The notes under the pieces were generated by a model that saw only the letters and a list, made by a program, of their open reading frames with translations, was not told where the DNA came from and ran no database searches. Shown piece after piece: positions 58,766 through 64,000 of a DNA stretch of 64,000 bases (position 1 is the stretch's first letter; each line of letters starts with the position of its first letter). Source of the DNA: Rebecca billardiae RCC1528. Its lineage: Eukaryota > Protista > Haptophyta. Both the position numbers and the translations under genes were made by a program. The stretch is from positions 1,798,001 to 1,862,000 of the forward strand of contig OZ251222.1 of the NCBI GenBank assembly GCA_965240325.2, read 5' to 3'.

Positions 58766-61296
58766 CCCGCGCCCGCGCCCGCGTCCGCGTCCGCGCCCGC
58801 GCCCGCGTCCGCGTCCGCGTCCGCGCCCGCGCCCGTGTCGGCGTCAGTGTGGGTGCCGGGCTCAGCCTCGGGCCCACGGTGCGGCGCGGCGGGCGCGTGT
58901 GCCGGCGCCGCCGCGGCGGGCGCGCCGACGGACGTTTCGCGGTGCGCTGACAGCGAGCTCTGCGTGCTCACGAGCCGGCGCGCGCGCTTCGGGCGCGGCT
59001 CCGCGCCTGGGCCTCTGGCCGCGGAGCCGGCGGCGCCGCTGCCAAGGCCAGCAGTCGTGCTTGCTGAGGCGGCGCCGAGGGCCCTGCGCGAGACAAAGAC
59101 GAAGCAGTCGGGCGCACTCGGCGGCGCGGCCTCCGCCGGGCCGGCGGTGCCACGCGGCTCCACCGCCGGCGCCGAGCAAGCCGCGCCGCCAGCGCGGCGC
59201 CTGAGGCTCGCCGCCCACGGCCGCTCTCCGCTCGTGCGCAGCAGCCGTCGCGTACGGCCGCTGATCTCAGCCACATGTTCGGAGCCGAAGTAGTCGATGA
59301 CGCGGTCGATCGGGTTGGGTGGGAGCACGGGCTCGAGCCGCGCAAGGCAGGCCTCCGCCTCGTCCGCGACGAACGCCAGCGAGCGCTCGTACGAGATCGG
59401 CGCATTCGGCGCTGGACCGTGCCCCCCCCCCGCGGCCGCGGGGGTGACACTGCCGGGCGCGGCGCGTGGTGGCTCGGCCGCGCGCGGCCGAGCGTCCGCG
59501 CACGTGCCGCGTGGCGACACGGCAACCTCGCCAGCCGCGCACGCGCTTGGAGCCTCTTCCTTGCAGCTGAGTGACCCGTGCACCCCCACCTTCGGCTCTT
59601 GCATGGCTGCCGCCTCCGTCTCCGCCTCCGCCTCCGCCTCCGCGCCCGCCTCCGCCTCCGCCTCCGCGCCCGCCTCCGCGCCGACATCCGCCTCGACCTC
59701 TGCGTCCGCGTCCGCGTCCGCGTCCGCATCTGCCGTCAGCTCTGCGCCATCCTCCGCCTTCACCGCGCGATGGGCCGCCGTCGACGGTGCCCGCGGCCCC
59801 GCGCATGCGCCACCCGCCGGGCCACCGCCGTCGCGCCACCGGCTCAGATCGCGCAAGAAGCCGACGGCCTCCATCGCAATCTCGGCCGCTGGGGAGACGA
59901 GCGCTCGCCGCGCCGTGCCGAGCGGCATGCAGATCCGATCGATCAGCTGGCTGTGCGTCGCGCTGAGTGAGATGATGACCGATCGGCCGGCGCGGAGCTG
60001 GCGGCGCGTGTGCGCGATCACGCGGCCCGCCTTGAGCCCGACGACGAGCGCGTCGATCCCCGCGACCATCCGCCCGCCCAGGTACACCCGGACCTTTGCA
60101 GAGCCCTCGGCATCGCGCTCGCACGCGCGCGCGCCCGACAGCATCCGCCGCCACAGCGCGGCGTACTCGTTGTACACGCGCGCCTCCGAGTCGGAGAAGG
60201 CGTGGGTGTAGCACGCCATGCGCACGCCCGAGTAGCCCAGCGTGCGCGAGATGTACGCGCCCTGCGCCTTGAGCGAGGTCGCGAGCATCTCCAGCGCCGC
60301 GCCAGATCCCTTCAGGCTGAGCTCGAGCTCATCGCGCGTCTCAAACGGCAGCCCCGCGCCCCACAGCCCAAGCCTCGACATGAAGGCGGTGTCGCGCAGG
60401 CTGGAGGCGACGGCGGCGGAGAGGTAGGTGACGCGCGCGCGCGGGTGCCGCGCCTGCAGCTCGAGCGCCGCCGAGGACACCGCCGCCTGCGTCGAGCGCG
60501 CCCGGTGCGACTCATCGAACATGATCGGCCCGTCAAAACGCATGCCGCCGAGGAAGGTCAGTATGGTGCTGAGCGCGGGGCCGGGGCGCTGGAGCGAGGT
60601 GTACGCGCAGAAGAGGACGCCCTCGGCGGGCATCGCGCGGCCCGGCTCGGCCTCGTCGCGCTTGCGGCACCCGGCCGCGCGGCCGCTGCGGTGCATCTCC
60701 TCGTGCAGGCAGGTCACAGGAATGTGGCCCGCGCCGATGTCGCGCAGGTCGCGGCGCGCGTCTGACTTCAGCATGCGCGTCGAGCTGAACCAGAGCGCGC
60801 GGCGCCGGCCGCGCAGCCAGTTCTCCCAGATGATCGCGGCGATCTCGCGGCCCTTGCCCATGCCCGCGCCGTCGCAGATCAGGAACCCCGCCCGCTCGCC
60901 GGACGGCAGGTCCTGCTCGTGCCTCTGGCACGCGTACACGACCGCCTCGAGCTGCACGGACGAGAGCGCGCCCGACGTGAGCGCCTCGCGTGGCAGCGCG
61001 AGATTGTACGTGGCGTCGGGTAGCTCGACCGTGGCCAGCGTCGCCGCCTCGACCACCTCGTGCGCGTGTGGCGGGCCGATCGCCAACTTGCGCGGCGCGT
61101 ATGGCACGAAAATGCCGTCGCACCCGCTCGGCCCGGCGATGTGGCTTGCCACGAGATGCGCGCTCGTCGCGCCGCCGGCCAATGCCCCAGCGGCGCTGTA
61201 CGCGCCGTCTACGCCGGGTATCTCCGCCTCGCCTGCGCACTCCTCGTCCGTGTCGTCCAAGAAGCGCATGGGCGGATGCGGCAGTGGCGCCTCCAT
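55561..61296 (-). CDS. Strawberry notch (SBNO/FGT1-like) homologue; probable intron 56011-56223
   Basis: LSSVQLEAVVYACQRHE...GFLICDGAGMGKGR, FDESH, VAEISGR, IISEAGATGLSLHAD and QALGRTHRTNQ. The last exon carries a Cys4 finger (WRCPHC..N...CRSRKC). Confidence 0.9.
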
Positions 61297-61872
61297 CGCA
61301 TCACGTCGCGTCGGAGTGACCGTGGACGTCGCGCTGCTCGCCACACAATCTCCACGATGGCGGACCGCGCGCGGTCAAAGTCACTCATCAAGCTGCATGA
61401 TTGAACCCCCTTAGCCCGCTCGGCGGCTCGGGCTCGGCCCGGTCGGCGTCGGCGCCGCGAGTCGGCGCGCGTCGCCGTCACCGTGGTCACGGCGTCGCGC
61501 CTGAGGCTGAGGCTGAGTCGGCTTCGGACTCGGCGCGCGTCGCCAGTCGGCGAGTCGCACCCGCGCTCGGCACGGCTTCGGCCTTAGTAACGCCAAATAA
61601 CGGCCCTTCGGAACTCAGGCCCTTCGGGCCGACGCGCGCCGACAGCGCGTCCGCTGTGATGAATACATGATGATATCGCGTCTACTGTGTCTGTGATATT
61701 GCGCTGTCATGGCCCGACTGACAGTAGTGACAGAGTGCCGTCAGTGGCGTGGCGGCCCAGTGAGGCCAGTCTAAATAGAATCAGGCCGCCGCACATTCCG
61801 AGTGGCCCGTTAATGCTACTGCGGCTGCGACGCCAGCGTAAGCCGTAACTGCTGCGGCGGCAACGAGCCGCG

Positions 61873-63993
61873 TCAGCGTTGCCACAGACGTCTGATCACC
61901 GAGCTGGCCAGCGAGGTGCCCGCCCCGCCGGTCTTGGCGCCGGGCACGCGGTCATCACTGCCCGTGCCGCCGGACCCGACGCCATCTGACGCGCCGCCGG
62001 GCCGAGCCTGTGCTGTCGCCTGCGCCGTCGGTTTGGACTGCGTGCGGCCTGCGTGGATGGCGGTGGCGGCGCGCTGCCAGCTGGCGCGCGCACGCTCCTG
62101 AGACGCACGCGGCGGCGGCAGCTCGCGAAGGCCCTCGTCGCCCCTGGGCTCAGACCTGGTCGAGCTGGTGGGCTGCTCGGGAGCAGGAGGCCACTTCTCG
62201 GCCGCCACCGCCGCGGGGAAAAGGGCTGCCAGGGGTGAGGTCGTCGTACCTGGCCCTGCGGCGCCCGCGTGCGCGGGCAGCTCAGGCTGCGGCTGCGGCT
62301 GCTGCTGCGCTCGCCTGCGCTGCGCACGCGAGCCACCCGCGCCGGACCCCGCGGCGCGCTGCGCCAGCTCGGCGGCTGAGCTGTCTGGCTCCGTCGCCGA
62401 CGCCGCGACCCGAGCGACCACCGGTGCCTCGACGGGAGTGTGCACGCCATCGCTGCTCCCGGGATCGCTCGAGACGGCAGCCGCCGACGAGCTTCGGCTC
62501 GGGGCAGCGGCGGCGGCGGGGGGCAGCGGTGGGGCCGACGCGCTGGATGCCGACGCGGCGCGCGCCGCACGCGCGGCCGCGGCGGCAGCCATCGACTCGG
62601 CGGCTGCAGCGGCCGTCGGCGCCTCGCGCAGCCGACGTGGCACTGGCCGGCGCGCATCGCCGGTCGGCCGCTTGGTCTGCGGCGGCCGCGGCAGGTGCCG
62701 GGGCTGATCGAGCACGCGCCCGCGGCGCACCTCGCGCTGGCGGATCAGGAAGAACACGGCCGTGACGTACGACCGCTCGCCCCCAGCGAGCGCGGAGATC
62801 ACCTCCGCGCGAGGCACGCCGTACTCATCAGCGAGCAGCTTGAGTACCGCGCCGCGAGCGAGGTCGGTCAGCCCGCCGGGAAGGGTCGGCCGCGGGGCCT
62901 CGGGCGGCGCCAGCGATTGCAGCCATCTGTGGTCGAGCACCTGGCGCGCCGTCAGCCGCTGCTCGGGGTTGGTGGTGAGGAGGCCTGCGCGCACGCGTGC
63001 GTGCGCGCGGCGGGCGGGAGCGGGCGCGACGGAGCGCCGCACCCCGTGAGTCGGCGACACACGGCCATGGGCGCGCGGCCGACGCACGGCGCTGACGATG
63101 CGGACGTGCGGCCGCGCGCGCACGCTTGATGAGCGACTCGGCGCCCGATGACAACGGCGGGCAGCCGTCGAAGGAGTAGTCGCCCGCGATGATCCGGTCG
63201 TACAGCACCTCCATGTCGTCCTCGTCGAAGGGCAGGCAGCCGCACACCATCGCGTACAGGCAGACGCCTAGCGACCACATGTCTGCCTGTGGGCCCTTGT
63301 ACCCGCCGCCGATGAGCATCTCGGGCGCGGCGTAGTGCGGCGAGCCACACGCGGCTTCAAGAACGACGTCGGGCGCGTCGAGCACGGCGCCAAGGCCGAA
63401 GTCGATGATCTTCACCGCGCGCCCGCCGCCCGCCGCCTCCGTGCCCTCGCCTGGCGGCGAGAGCAGCATGTTCTCCGGCTTCAGGTCACGGTGGATCAGG
63501 CTGAGCTCGTGGAAGGAGGCGACGGCGGCGACGATCTGCGCGAAGAGGGAGGCGGCCTCCTCCTCGGGCAGGTGCCCGCGCTGCACGATGTACCCGAAGA
63601 GCTCGCCGCCGCCCACGTGCTCAGTCACCAGGTACGTCGCGTCTGGCTCTTCGATGACCTCGAGAAGCCGCACGAGGTGTGGGTGCTCGATCGCGTGCAG
63701 GATGCGCACCTCGTTGCGCAGGCGCTCGCGTGCGGCATCGTCGTGGATGCGATCTCGCTCGATGATCTTCACGGCGACCGTTTCGCCCGTCTTGGCCTCG
63801 TGGCCGAGGCGCACCTGGCCTGCGCGGCATGAGCGCGCGGCGTGCACGCGCGTGAGTGCGCGCCCCACGCGACGGGTGTGCCCGGGGCTGGGTGAACGGC
63901 GCAGTGCTACGGCGCGGTACCAAATGTGCCCTCGCCCAGCGTCTTGCCCAGGCGGTAGCGCCCATTGCCGACGAACTCCGGCCCTTCAGGCAT
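61873..63993 (-). CDS. AMPK/SNF1/MARK-type Ser/Thr kinase with UBA-like domain; introns 63820-63920 and 62985-63123
   Basis: LGEGTFGQV, VAVK, HRDLKPEN, DFG, ACGSPHYAAPE and DMWSLGV motifs, UBA-like helices and a low-complexity tail. Confidence 0.93.
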
Positions 63994-64000
63994 GTGTGTG

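Overview
Very GC-rich eukaryotic nuclear DNA with short spliceosomal introns. The front-end desaturase closely resembles, from memory, the Pavlova/Rebecca delta-8 desaturases, which points to a pavlovophyte haptophyte. About 15 protein genes can be supported: mitochondrial ACP, delta-8 desaturase, CsgA-like SDR, pepsin-like protein, sulfotransferase-like protein, dynamin-related GTPase, arylsulfatase, Sel1-MYND protein, FAN-like BEACH-WD40 protein, EsV-1-7 repeat protein, KDM5-like JmjC demethylase, DRAM/Frag1-like membrane protein, HINT, Strawberry notch and an AMPK/MARK-type kinase. Between them lie nests of mobile elements and (TA)n tracts. Three signals stand out. (1) A 17 x 114-bp array encodes near-identical C-x4-C-x16-C-x2-H (EsV-1-7) modules. 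Amino-acid variation is concentrated in two fixed clusters around the Cys knuckle and a basic, Q/P-rich tail follows. This is the architecture of a TALE/PRDM9-like modular recognition code, and the gene sits 235 bp downstream of a JmjC demethylase on the same strand. (2) Two families of non-autonomous elements with no target-site duplication (four complete copies, two orphan ends) share a Helitron2-like end grammar: asymmetric inverted repeats plus a terminal GNA-loop hairpin with compensatory stem changes. An empty site within the window fixes their boundaries. (3) A (TA)n-associated repeat family has one fixed end and one variably truncated end. Also present are a young, internally deleted copia element, a piggyBac-like element and several TIR elements. 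No rRNA, tRNA or CRISPR array was recognised. Coordinates were read by eye and splice models are inferred.
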